Assembly (NCBI GenBank): GCA_963829525.1
Contig: CAWHIJ010000003.1
Span: 352,001 to 416,000 of the forward strand
DNA from: an uncultured Actinomycetota bacterium
Lineage (GTDB): Bacteria > Actinomycetota > Actinomycetes > JAHEKZ01
DNA: 64,000 bases
Reading direction: 5' to 3'
This document shows positions 9,376-18,752 of this stretch, piece after piece (within the stretch, counting starts at the first letter, position 1; every line of letters starts with the position of its first letter). A program made the position numbers and the translations under genes. The notes under the pieces were generated by a model. It had not been told where the DNA came from and ran no database searches. It saw only the letters and a program-made list of their open reading frames with translations.

Positions 9376-10906
9376 ATGGACAACCCGCAGCAGTTGGCGC
9401 GCACTGGCGCCTTGGCGGCATGGGTCAATGCCGGCCTGGGCCTGGTGCTGACCGTGCTGATCCACGTCGCCGACAAGTCGGTCCCCGTGGCCCTCCTTCC
9501 CGCCCTGATCTGGTGCGTACTGGGATTCGCCTTTGCGGCCAGTCGTGACGGTCTTGGCCCGGAGAGCGGCTAGCCAGCGACTCGAGGTCGGCAACCGTCG
9601 TCTTGCGCATGCCCTGATCACCACCGAGATGGTGTGGGTCGCGGGCCTCGTCGCGCTTACCGGCGGTTTACGCAGTCCCGTCTGGGTGCTGTTCGTCACC
9701 GTTGCCGTCTTCGTGGCCGATGTCGTCGAGCGCAAGGGACTGGCCACCTTCACTCTGCTCGCACTCGGCATGCTCTTCGCGGCGGCTCTCGCGTCCGGAA
9801 CCTTCAGCCTGCAGGTTCTGCCATGGTTGCTGGCTGCCGCAGCGATCATCCCGCTCACCGTCGGGTTCGACGAGATGCTCAAGTCCGGTATCCATGAGGG
9901 TCACAACACTCGGTTGCAGCGGAGCGTCGAAGAGCTCTCGGTGTCTTTGGGACAGGCTGCCGAGGGTGATCTCGCAGTTGCCATCCCAACGCCGGATGGC
10001 GACGATGTGGCGCTTCACTCGCTGGCGATCAACATCGACGAGACGTTGGTCTCGCTGCGTATGTTGGTCGATCGAGTCCGCGATGGTGGTGAGCGCATAT
10101 CGGTGAGTGCGCAAGAGCTGCAGTCAGCTGCCGAACTTCAGGCGTCAGCCTCGTCGAAGCAGTCGGGTGCGGTGACCGAGTCGACAGTGACCTTGCAGCA
10201 GCTCGCTGACATGGCCGAGACGATCGCTTCCTCCAGCGCCGAAGTAGTCGACCAGGCGGCGTTGACCTACCGTTATGCCGAGGAAGGCCAAGAGGCTGTC
10301 ACGAACGCCGTCGACGCAATCGATGCGATCGCCCATCGTTCCCGGTTGGTGGCCGAGCGGACCGCTGCGCTGGCCGACAAGTCAGGTGAGATCGGCCGCA
10401 TTCTCGATGTGATCGACGAACTTGCCAACCAGACCAACTTGCTCGCGTTGAACGCTGCGATCGAGGCCGCCCGTGCCGGTGAGCATGGCCGGGGCTTTGC
10501 CGTTGTTGCTGCGGAGGTTCGCAAGCTGGCTGAGCGTGCCCAGGCGTCGACCAAGCAGATCCAGACGATCGTCTCGGAGATCCAAGCCGAGATGCGGGCC
10601 ACAACGGCGGCGACGGCAGAAGGTGCAGAGGAAGTACTCAACGGCGTTGCCCTCGCCCGCGATGTCGTGACCGTCCTCGAGCGCATCTCCGAGGTTGCTG
10701 ACGAGACGACGACGGCAGCACGCGAGATCTCCAACGCCTCCGCACAGCAGCGTACGGCCTCGGCCGAGGTCGCTTCTGCGATGAATGACGTCGTTGGCGT
10801 CTCCGAGCAGACCGCGACAGGTTCGCGCGAGGCGGCCCATGCAGCCGCATCCCTCACGTCCCTGGCCGACGACCTCAGAGAGTCGATCTCCCGCTTCCGC
10901 ATCTAA
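9376..10906 (+). CDS. Methyl-accepting chemotaxis protein (apparent +1 frameshift near 9540)
   Basis: [34 protein letters not shown] signalling hairpin; multi-TM N-terminus; ATG 9376 with GGAAAGG RBS is in another frame until GCG GCC A GTC GTG. Confidence 0.9.
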
Positions 10907-10965
10907 GGCTCGCCGAGTGCACATCTGGCTGACGCCGAGGCTTGCCGAGTGCACATCAGGCTGAC
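10906..10965 (+). repeat. Two 28-bp direct repeats (period 32)
   Basis: aggctcgccgagtgcacatctggctgac at 10906-10933 and aggcttgccgagtgcacatcaggctgac at 10938-10965; 2 mismatches. Confidence 0.85.
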
Positions 10966-10982
10966 ACAGTTCGCCGTCGGGT

Positions 10983-12341
10983 GTGGTGGTTTGGGAGACT
11001 GACGCGGTGGTTCCCCCCTCCCTTGCTCCCAGCCTCGGCGATGCCGCGCGGACGTGGGCGTACGTCGGAGTCAACAGCTTCGGGGGACCGGCTGGCCAGA
11101 TCGCCGTCATGCACCGAGTCGTCGTTGACGAGCGACGGTGGATCGACGAGAAGCGCTACCTGCACGCGCTCAACTTCTGCATGGTGTTGCCCGGACCAGA
11201 GGCACTCCAGCTAGCGGTGTATCTCGGGTGGGTGCTCAACGGCGTCACCGGCGGCTTGATCGCTGGCGTTTTCTTCGTCATCCCGGGCCTGGCAGTGATG
11301 GCGGTCCTTGCCGCCATCTATTCCTCGTTCGGCGACATCGGCTGGATCTCCGCGCTGCTCTTCGGCATTCAGACCGCCGTCATCGCGATTGTGGTGCAGG
11401 CTGTCATACGAGTGGGACGCCGCTCGCTCCGGACACCACTCCTCGTTTCGCTTGCAGTGGGCGCCTTCATCGCACTTGCACTGTTCAACGTTCTCTTCCC
11501 GTTCGTCGTCGTCGCCGCCCTCGTCATCGGTTGGGTGGTTGGCCGTCGATCGCCTCGCGCCTTGCATGTCACCGTCGACCACGACGCCGAAGTGGACCAT
11601 GTTTCGCGGGCGGCAACCCGTTCTGCGCGTCGTGCCGGGTATGCAGCTCTCGTTCTCTGGGCTGTGCCGCTGTTGCTGATCATGGCCACCCTTGGCATGG
11701 AGAACATCCTCAGCCAACAGGCATGGCTGTTCGCGAAGACGGCGGTACTTTCCTTCGGGGGCGCTTACGCGGCGCTTTCGTATGTGTCTCAACAGGCGGT
11801 GGTCAACTACGCCTGGCTCGAACCCCGGGACATGGTTGCTGGATTGGGGTTGGCCGAGACGACGCCGGGGCCACTTGTTCTGGTCATGACTTTCGTCGGG
11901 TATGTGGGTGCCTATCGGGCATCGGATGACCTTGGCCTGCCCGGAGCCGTTGCCGGACTCATCGGGTTCTCCATCGCCGCCTGGGCGACGTTCTTGCCGT
12001 CATTGGGCTTCGTCCTTATCGGCGCGCCATCGGTGGAACGGCTACGGCACAACCCCAGAGTTGCCGGTTCATTGGCAGCGGTGACCGCGGCGGTCGTTGG
12101 CGTCATCGCCGATCTGGCGCTGTGGTTCTCGCTGAACGTCCTCTTCGATGACCTCTCCTGGCGATCTTGGGGACCAATCAGAGTGGAAGTCCCGGTTCCG
12201 GGTTCGCTGGACGGCCCTGCGCTGCTTCTGACGGCGGCAAGCCTGGTCCTGGTGCTCGGGCTGAAGTGGGGGCTGCTTCGCGTTCTGTCGCTCGCGGCGG
12301 CAGCGGGCCTGACGCTGTCCCTCCTCGGCCTTCATCCCTGA
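10983..12341 (+). CDS. chrA: Chromate efflux transporter (long-chain CHR)
   Basis: SFGGPAGQIAVM, LPGPEALQLA, FGGAYA, ETTPGP motifs in two homologous halves. Confidence 0.92.
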   Translation: MVVWETDAVVPPSLAPSLGDAARTWAYVGVNSFGGPAGQIAVMHRVVVDERRWIDEKRYLHALNFCMVLPGPEALQLAVYLGWVLNGVTGGLIAGVFFVIPGLAVMAVLAAIYSSFGDIGWISALLFGIQTAVIAIVVQAVIRVGRRSLRTPLLVSLAVGAFIALALFNVLFPFVVVAALVIGWVVGRRSPRALHVTVDHDAEVDHVSRAATRSARRAGYAALVLWAVPLLLIMATLGMENILSQQAWLFAKTAVLSFGGAYAALSYVSQQAVVNYAWLEPRDMVAGLGLAETTPGPLVLVMTFVGYVGAYRASDDLGLPGAVAGLIGFSIAAWATFLPSLGFVLIGAPSVERLRHNPRVAGSLAAVTAAVVGVIADLALWFSLNVLFDDLSWRSWGPIRVEVPVPGSLDGPALLLTAASLVLVLGLKWGLLRVLSLAAAAGLTLSLLGLHP

Positions 12342-12394
12342 CAATCTTCGTCAAAATCCTCGCGCAAGAGGGCTGACGTTCCTAGGCTCACCGT

Positions 12395-13792
12395 GTGACG
12401 GAGCGCCCAATCGCCCCCAGCACCCTGAATGCGCGAGCTGCGTATCGGAGTGCTGTCGACCGCCTGCGGGTGCAATTCCGCGAGTTGGAAAGCGATGCAC
12501 CCATCAGGCTGGCGAAGCGAACGTCAAATCTCTTTCGCATGCGCGAACCCAATGACACACCCGGTCTGGACGTCGCGGCGTTCTCCGGTGTCATTGAGGT
12601 TGACCCCGTTGGTCGGACGGCAGACGTCCTAGGGATGACCACCTACGAAGACCTCGTTGACGCCACGCTCCGTCATGGGCTTATGCCGCTCGTTGTGCCT
12701 GAGCTGAAGACGATCACCTTGGGGGGCGCCGTCACTGGCCTCGGCATCGAGTCGACGTCGTTCCGCAACGGGTGTCCGCACGAGTCGGTCATCGACTTCG
12801 ACGTTCTGCTCGGCGACGGCCGGGTCATCACCGTGACCCCAGACGGCCCACACGCCGATCTGTTTACCGGATTCCCGAACTCCTACGGGACGCTGGGCTA
12901 CGCGTTGCGACTGCGGATCGAGCTTGAGCCAGTGAAGGCATTCGTCGTGCTGGAGCACTATCAGCACCACTCAGCGGCTGAGGCTGCCCAGACGATTCGC
13001 GAGATTGCACGGACCCGCGAGCACCGTAGCCGCCACGTCGACTTCGTTGACGGTGTCATCTTCGGTCGGAACCGTGTCATCATCACGGTGGCCCGATACG
13101 TCGATGAGGCGCCGTACCTCTCCGACTACACAAGGGCGAGTATCTACTACAAGTCGCTCGTGCAACGCAGCAGCGACTACCTAACGATTCGTGACTATCT
13201 TTGGCGCTGGGACACCGACTGGTTCTGGTGTTCGGGCGCTCTTGGTGTTCAGAATCCGATGGTTCGTCCGTTCCTGCCCCGACGGCTTCTGCGCAGCGAT
13301 GTCTACTGGAAGGCTGTCGGATTCGAACGGCGGCACCGGTGGAAGTCCGGTTGGGATGAAAGGCGTGGCCACCCACCGCGCGAACCGGTGATCCAGGATG
13401 TCGAAGTGCCGGTCGATCGCCTTGATGAGTTCCTCGACTTCTTCCACAGTGAGATCGGCATCGCGCCGGTGTGGATCTGCCCGCTGAGACAGCGCAGAGA
13501 TGATCTGACGTGGGACCTGTACGCCCTTGACCCTGACACGACCTATGTGAATCTCGGCTTCTGGTCGTCGGTGGAGATGACTCCCGGGCAGCGAGATGCT
13601 CACCACAACCGAAGGATCGAAGAGGTTGTCGCCGCGCTCGGAGGAAGAAAGTCGCTCTACTCGTCCTCGTACTACGACGAAGACGTGTTCTGGAGCATCT
13701 ACAACGGGGAGCAGTACGCGTTGTTGAAGAAGCAGTACGACCCGCAGGGTCGGTTGCTTGATCTCTATTCCAAGTGTGTGCGGGGACGTTGA
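12395..13792 (+). CDS. FAD-binding oxidoreductase, BfaA/TmsA (Rv3719)-like, 10-methyl fatty acid pathway
   Basis: RLAKRTSNLFR, VVPELKTITLGGAVTGLGIES, WRWDTDWFWCS, KSLYS motifs; paired with a Cfa-type methyltransferase. Confidence 0.8.
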   Translation: MTERPIAPSTLNARAAYRSAVDRLRVQFRELESDAPIRLAKRTSNLFRMREPNDTPGLDVAAFSGVIEVDPVGRTADVLGMTTYEDLVDATLRHGLMPLVVPELKTITLGGAVTGLGIESTSFRNGCPHESVIDFDVLLGDGRVITVTPDGPHADLFTGFPNSYGTLGYALRLRIELEPVKAFVVLEHYQHHSAAEAAQTIREIARTREHRSRHVDFVDGVIFGRNRVIITVARYVDEAPYLSDYTRASIYYKSLVQRSSDYLTIRDYLWRWDTDWFWCSGALGVQNPMVRPFLPRRLLRSDVYWKAVGFERRHRWKSGWDERRGHPPREPVIQDVEVPVDRLDEFLDFFHSEIGIAPVWICPLRQRRDDLTWDLYALDPDTTYVNLGFWSSVEMTPGQRDAHHNRRIEEVVAALGGRKSLYSSSYYDEDVFWSIYNGEQYALLKKQYDPQGRLLDLYSKCVRGR

Positions 13793-13800
13793 GGAGGAAC

Positions 13801-15051
13801 ATGGCCACATCATCGGTCGCCACTGCCTTCGGCCGGGTCATCGGTGAGCGTCCGGGGCTTCGCCTGACGGCGTACGACGGCAGTGCGTTCGGAGACGATG
13901 CGGCCGACGTCACCCTCTCCATTCGGTCGCCCGAGGCCGTGCAGTACCTGGCCACTGCGCCGGGTGACCTCGGACTCGCGCGGGCGTTCGTGAGCGGTTC
14001 CCTCGTGGTTGAGGGAAGTTTGCACCGTGCGTTAACTCTGCTCGTGATGGACGGTGCGCAAGATGCCTCGACTCGCGACAAGCTCCAGGTCCTGCGAGAG
14101 CTTGGCGGCTGGGTTCTTCGGCGCCCTCCGCTTCCAGCAGAGGAAGCGTCACCACCATGGCGACGCGGTCTACGGCACAGCAAAGACCGGGATGCCAAGG
14201 CGGTCGCCCACCACTACGACGTGTCCAACCGCTTCTATGAACTGGTACTGGGTTCGTCGATGACCTATACCTGCGCCGTCTACCCGACGCCCGAAACTTC
14301 GCTTGCGGATGCCCAAGCATCCAAGTGCGACCTGGTGGCACGCAAGCTCACGCTTGAGCCAGGTATGCGATTGCTCGATGTCGGGTGCGGCTGGGGCAGC
14401 ATGGTGATGCATGCAGCTGAGCACTATGGAGTCAAAGCCCTAGGGGTGACACTGTCGCAGCAGCAGGCTGAGTGGGCGCAGAAGACGATTGCCGAACGCG
14501 GACTAGCCGATCGTGCCGAGGTGCGCTTTCTCGACTATCGCGACGTGCCGGAGTCAGGTTTCGATGCGATTTCCTCTATCGGGCTGACTGAGCACATCGG
14601 ACGCCGTCAACTCGGCTCGTACTTCACCCGGCTCGTGGGCAAACTGCACCCGGAGGGACGCATGCTCAACCACTGCATTACGCGTCCCACGACGCGGGAG
14701 CGAGCGCGCACTGGCGGGTTCATCGACCGGTACGTATTCCCAGACGGGGAGTTGCTCGGCGTAGGAACCATCGTGTCGTCGATGCAGAATCACGGTCTTG
14801 AGCCTCGACATGACGAGAACCTCCGCGAGCACTACGCGATGACGTGTCGTGACTGGGGCGCCAATCTGGATGCGAACTGGGAAGAGGCCGTCGCCGAGGT
14901 GGGAGAGCGACGTGCGCGAGTGTGGCAGCTCTACATCGCCGCATCACAGGCGGGTTTCGACATCAACAACATCCAGCTGCATCAGATTCTTGGAGTGAAG
15001 CTGGGGAAGGACGGCACCTCCGGGTTCCCACTTCGTTCGAACTTCTCTTGA
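13801..15051 (+). CDS. SAM-dependent fatty-acyl-phospholipid methyltransferase, Cfa/BfaB/TmsB (Rv3720)-like
   Basis: HHYDVSN, MTYTCA, LDVGCGWG, FIDRYVFPDGEL; GAGGAGG RBS before ATG 13801. Confidence 0.88.
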   Translation: MATSSVATAFGRVIGERPGLRLTAYDGSAFGDDAADVTLSIRSPEAVQYLATAPGDLGLARAFVSGSLVVEGSLHRALTLLVMDGAQDASTRDKLQVLRELGGWVLRRPPLPAEEASPPWRRGLRHSKDRDAKAVAHHYDVSNRFYELVLGSSMTYTCAVYPTPETSLADAQASKCDLVARKLTLEPGMRLLDVGCGWGSMVMHAAEHYGVKALGVTLSQQQAEWAQKTIAERGLADRAEVRFLDYRDVPESGFDAISSIGLTEHIGRRQLGSYFTRLVGKLHPEGRMLNHCITRPTTRERARTGGFIDRYVFPDGELLGVGTIVSSMQNHGLEPRHDENLREHYAMTCRDWGANLDANWEEAVAEVGERRARVWQLYIAASQAGFDINNIQLHQILGVKLGKDGTSGFPLRSNFS

Positions 15052-16053
15052 CTAGAGCCAACGTCTACGCTTGAACATCACGTAGAGGAGGAGCGAGACG
15101 CCCACCCATATGACGGTGCTTGTCCAGAAGCCGCTGTGTGCCGCGAAACCCGGATAGGGGATGTTCTGCCCGTAGAAGCCGGTGACCGCAGTCGGGACGG
15201 CGATGATGGCCGCCCACGCCGCGAGCTGCCGAGTGACCGTGTTGAGCGAGTGATCGTTGAGTGCGAGACGTGTCTCGTAGATGGTGGTAATCAGGTCGCG
15301 TAGGCCTTCGATGGTGTCGTTGACACGCAGAACGTGGTCGTAGACGTCCTGGAAGTAGGGCTGCATAGCTGCGTTGACGGTTGATCGACCGCCCTCCTCG
15401 TGACGCATGAGTCCCGAAACGAGTTCGCGCATCGGCTGGGCCGCGCGGCGCAGCCGAACCAGCGCCTTACGAGTAGCGAAGCTGTGCTTCTGCGCGTCAC
15501 GCGGGTCGACGTCTCGACTGGGTTGGTCCTGGAACAGAACGTCCTCCATGTCGTCAACCGCGTCAGACAGCGCGTCGACCGTGTCGAGGTATGAGTCGAC
15601 GACAAGGTCAAGAAGTGCGTACAGCAGGGCGGGAATGCCCTGATCGAGCAGCTCAGGATTCTGCTCCCAGCGGGTGACAAGGTCGCTCATTTCGATGGGG
15701 TGCGAGTGCTCCACCGCGATAACGCTCTCGTTTGTGATGATCACCGGCGAACCGCGTAAGTCGAGGGTTGTGTCGTTGCCGAGCTCTGATCGGTAGAGAT
15801 ACAAGAGGACACAGTTGGGGAAGCGCTCGAGCTTAGTGCGGTGAGCTTGAATGCCGTCGCCGTTGGTGCTGTTGATGACCTCTTCGACCGCACGTGGGTG
15901 AATGTCTAGGAGTGGGCCAAGGTGACGCATCTCGTCGGGGGTCACCTGGATCCACACGACACTCTCGGGGTCTGACGCGAGGCCGACGGCGGCAGCGACG
16001 TTGACCGAGCGATGTTCCAGAGAACGTCCTCGCAACTCCCATACGTCGGCCAC
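15052..16053 (-). CDS. corA: CorA family Mg2+/divalent cation transporter
   Basis: YFQDVYDHVLR and PTAVTGFYGQN (GxN) motifs; two C-terminal TM helices. Confidence 0.88.
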   Translation of the reverse strand: MADVWELRGRSLEHRSVNVAAAVGLASDPESVVWIQVTPDEMRHLGPLLDIHPRAVEEVINSTNGDGIQAHRTKLERFPNCVLLYLYRSELGNDTTLDLRGSPVIITNESVIAVEHSHPIEMSDLVTRWEQNPELLDQGIPALLYALLDLVVDSYLDTVDALSDAVDDMEDVLFQDQPSRDVDPRDAQKHSFATRKALVRLRRAAQPMRELVSGLMRHEEGGRSTVNAAMQPYFQDVYDHVLRVNDTIEGLRDLITTIYETRLALNDHSLNTVTRQLAAWAAIIAVPTAVTGFYGQNIPYPGFAAHSGFWTSTVIWVGVSLLLYVMFKRRRWL

Positions 16054-16145
16054 GGACCCACGGTAGGGCAGAGATCCGGCCGCTAGGTGCTTTGCCGCCC
16101 CACGCCGCTGCCCGGTACCCTTCTCGGGCGGTCGAAAGACCGTGG

Positions 16146-16236
16146 GGAGGCGTCGCCTAGTCCGGTCGATGGCGCCCGCCTGCTAAGCGGGTTGGGGTCT
16201 TAAAGCCCCTCGGGGGTTCAAATCCCCCCGCCTCCG
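16146..16236 (+). tRNA. tRNA-Ser(GCT)
   Basis: Acceptor GGAGGCG/CGCCTCC, anticodon arm CCCGC-CTGCTAA-GCGGG, long variable arm, GTTCAAATC. Confidence 0.95.
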
Positions 16237-16249
16237 CCCCGTCAGTCAT

Positions 16250-16307
16250 CGAGACTGCAGTAGATGCCCACTGAGAGCCCTCAGCGCGGGCATCTACTGC
16301 AGTCTCG
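16250..16307. terminator. 20-bp perfect inverted repeat / long hairpin between the two tRNAs
   Basis: cgagactgcagtagatgccc (16250-16269) and gggcatctactgcagtctcg (16288-16307), plus inner ctgag/ctcag pairing. Confidence 0.6.
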
Positions 16308-16384
16308 GCGGGTTGTTGCGCCCCGGACTCGATTTCGACGCCTGCTGGGCCCCCGGTAAGGTATCGCTTTGGCCCCTGGGCCAT

Positions 16385-16457
16385 GCGCCCGTAGCTCAAC
16401 GGATAGAGCATCTGACTACGGATCAGAAGGTTGGGAGTTCGAATCTCTCCGGGCGCG
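16385..16457 (+). tRNA. tRNA-Arg(ACG)
   Basis: GCGCCCG acceptor, TAGCTCAACGGATAGAGC D-arm, TCTGA-CTACGGA-TCAGA anticodon arm, GTTCGAATC. Confidence 0.97.
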
Positions 16458-16466
16458 CAACGTCAG

Positions 16467-16600
16467 TGTTTGGTTCCGGCTGATGCGTGACGTTTTGGCT
16501 TCGGCTGATGAGTCACGGTGGTTCCGCATGATCGGTGACACTTCTCCGATGTTGGTGGAGCAGAGATTTCAAGTGGTCGACGTGACGGTAACTGCGTTTC
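16467..16600 (+). mobile_element. Probable IS481-family left-end remnant
   Basis: Starts TGT; three ~21-nt imperfect repeats (16471, 16496, 16519, consensus tggttccg.ctgatg.gtgac), then MLVEQRFQVV resembling the V(V)EQRY.AV start of actinobacterial IS481 transposases; no intact transposase. Confidence 0.5.
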
Positions 16601-16737
16601 ATTGCCTCTTCGTCGTGGCCACCCCAGACCGCAACCACGTGTCGGGCACACCCTTCGGCGAAGGGTATGGGCTGGCCGGTCTAGTCTTCCGGCGTGGCTC
16701 GTCATGAGCCAGGGCACCGCCGGAGCAGAATCGCGGC

Positions 16738-17373
16738 ATGGCAGCAGAGGACGCGGGGCCGAGACGCCGACGACTGACGACAGGGCGGCTGGAGGCGTTC
16801 AGCGATGGCGTGTTTGCGATCGCGGTCACGTTGCTCATCTTGGATGTTGCGGTTCCGGCGGACTCGGACAGCAATCTTCTCGCATCGATCGGGGACCAGT
16901 GGCCGTCGTACCTGGCCTACCTGGTGAGTTTCTCGACCATAGGGGCGGTTTGGCTGGCGCACACTGTTATCACGGAGTATCTGGATCGTGCCGATGCGGT
17001 ATTCGTGCGGTTGAACCTGCTGCTCCTGCTGGTGGTTTCATTCTTGCCCTTCCCGACTCGGCTATTGGCGGAGTACGTCGAGGAGAGCGGGGCCGAGCGG
17101 GTGGCGGTCACGATCTACGGGATCAACCTCTTTCTCGCGTCGGTCTTGGTGTCAGTTCTGTGGCGCTACGCCGTTCGGGAACGTCTGCTGCGTCCCGATG
17201 CGAACGACGACGATGTCCGACTGTTGACTCGGCGGCTGACACCGGGTCTCGCCGGATACCTGGTCCTGATTGCGCTCGGGCTCTTCCTGCCCGTCGCTGC
17301 GGTGATCGGATACCTGCTGGTCGCGGTCTACTTCATCGTGCCGATAAGGAAGATCCGACACCGACAGACCTGA
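16738..17373 (+). CDS. TMEM175 (DUF1211) family channel protein
   Basis: RLEAFSDGVFAIAVTLL signature, W..H motif, 6 TM. Confidence 0.9.
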   Translation: MAAEDAGPRRRRLTTGRLEAFSDGVFAIAVTLLILDVAVPADSDSNLLASIGDQWPSYLAYLVSFSTIGAVWLAHTVITEYLDRADAVFVRLNLLLLLVVSFLPFPTRLLAEYVEESGAERVAVTIYGINLFLASVLVSVLWRYAVRERLLRPDANDDDVRLLTRRLTPGLAGYLVLIALGLFLPVAAVIGYLLVAVYFIVPIRKIRHRQT

Positions 17374-17504
17374 CCGGCGTTGGGGCGGCGTCTCAACCTG
17401 TGGTGGCACAACTGTCTCGCAACGATGCGATCCACCTGCCGGCTTGGTGACGCGTCCCTCGCAGGGCACGACACCTGTGCAACCCCATGGCACACCAATG
17501 GCCA

Positions 17505-17551
17505 GACTACGGATCAGGAGGTTGGGAGTTCGAATCTCTCCGGGCGCGCCA
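17505..17551 (+). repeat. tRNA-Arg 3' fragment copy R1 (att-like)
   Basis: 43/44 identical to tRNA-Arg 16414-16457, followed by CCA; no 5' half. Confidence 0.95.
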
Positions 17552-17618
17552 CAGGACGCCAGGTAAGTACCGGTTACTGCGGTGAAAGGACCGGGCGACT
17601 CTGGGCTTTCGGGGCGCA

Positions 17619-17640
17619 TTACTGCAGCGATTACTGCAGT
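17619..17640 (+). repeat. Paired TTACTGCA direct repeat (arm-type-site-like)
   Basis: TTACTGCAGCGA-TTACTGCAGT, 12-nt period; a third TTACTGC at 17574. Confidence 0.7.
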
Positions 17641-17673
17641 CCAGTTCGGGAGTGTTGCGGGCAGTCTCTGAAC

Positions 17674-17988
17674 CTAACTTGCCGTGGCGTCGCCGGCGAG
17701 GCCGATGAGGGTTGACCAATCGGGCGCTGCAATCAGTCCGTGCTCCACCCGGGGGAAGGGCAGCGCGAGCGGTTCGAGATGGCGCTGAACGTGCCCGCCG
17801 AACCCGTCGTGACCAACACCGGGTCCCCATACCAGCGTGACGAGCAGTCCCGCCTCCCCGCGGGCGACGACAACCGTGTCTGGTGACACGCCCCCCGAGC
17901 CCTGCCAGCGACGCGCTGCTTCTGCGTACCCGGCGAGGAGCACGTCCGGGTCGCCGGGGAAGTGCAGCATGACCACGTCTTGGCTCAT
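17674..17988 (-). CDS. Hypothetical protein (104 aa), divergent from MarR
   Basis: ATG 17988 (MSQDVVMLHFPGDPD) with AAGGAG RBS. Confidence 0.65.
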   Translation of the reverse strand: MSQDVVMLHFPGDPDVLLAGYAEAARRWQGSGGVSPDTVVVARGEAGLLVTLVWGPGVGHDGFGGHVQRHLEPLALPFPRVEHGLIAAPDWSTLIGLAGDATAS

Positions 17989-18039
17989 CGCAGGCTCCTT
18001 CAGTATAGTTTCTTTACTGTGAAAGGACGGTACAGGAAT

Positions 18040-18498
18040 TTGACCAACTCGTCTACGACCGGTGCGCCACTGGTAGGTGCACTGCTTCGTCGGCCGTTCT
18101 TCACGATGCGGCGCCGCATCGTGTCGGCCCTGCACCGGGAGGGTTACACAGACGTGCAGGCGTCTCACCTCGCCGTCTTCCAGTACCCCGGACCCGAGGG
18201 ACGGTCACCCCTGGAGTTGGCGCGGGATGCTCAGGTGAGCAAGCAGGTCATGAACCACCTACTCACCCAGCTCGAGCACGGTCAGTACCTGGAGCGGGTC
18301 ATCAATCCCGGCAATCATCGCCTGCGTCAGGTGGCGCTCACGGAGCAGGGCCACGCTGTCGTGGCGGTGATCCGCTCTGCCGTTGCAGAGGTGGAGTCGG
18401 AGTGGAAGACGGTCCTGGGACCAAGCACCTATCGACAACTGCGTGGCGCCTTGTTGGAACTCGCTGGCCATCTCGAGCTACCCGAGGGGGATCGCTGA
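18040..18498 (+). CDS. MarR family transcriptional regulator
   Basis: ELARDAQVSKQVMNHLLTQLE..QYLER..NP.NHR...V.LT..G winged helix; start uncertain (GTG 18019 or TTG 18040); CAGTA..TACTG inverted repeat in the divergent promoter. Confidence 0.85.
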   Translation: MTNSSTTGAPLVGALLRRPFFTMRRRIVSALHREGYTDVQASHLAVFQYPGPEGRSPLELARDAQVSKQVMNHLLTQLEHGQYLERVINPGNHRLRQVALTEQGHAVVAVIRSAVAEVESEWKTVLGPSTYRQLRGALLELAGHLELPEGDR

Positions 18499-18528
18499 GC
18501 CCGCGATCCCGTGGGGGAGCGGCCCGCG

Positions 18529-18624
18529 ACCGCGGACGACGTCGGCAGAACCGTGGCCCGGGCCATCGAGGCGGGTGTGGTGGGTGGCAACATCGAGGAT
18601 TTCGGGCCGAATGATTTGATCAGC
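18529..18624 (+). pseudogene. Internal fragment of an ICL/PEP-mutase family gene
   Basis: TADDVGRTVARAIEAGVVGGNIEDFGPNDLIS is 22/32 identical to the segment encoded at 20676-20771. Confidence 0.75.
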
Positions 18625-18639
18625 GATGGTGCCCTTGCC

Positions 18640-18661
18640 TTACTGCAACCGTTACTGCAAC
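18640..18661 (+). repeat. Paired TTACTGCA direct repeat (arm-type-site-like)
   Basis: TTACTGCAACCG-TTACTGCAAC, 12-nt period, same orientation as 17619-17640. Confidence 0.7.
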
Positions 18662-18752
18662 GCCGAGGAACTGAGGGAGACTCCGGAACACTTCCTGAGA
18701 ATGACGTGAGCGTGCTGACACGTCAGGAGACGTGGTGAGACGGCAAAACTAG

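Noticed and set aside
17505-17551. R1, R2 or R4 as additional functional tRNA genes
   Set aside because: No 5' acceptor strand or D-arm upstream, so no cloverleaf can form
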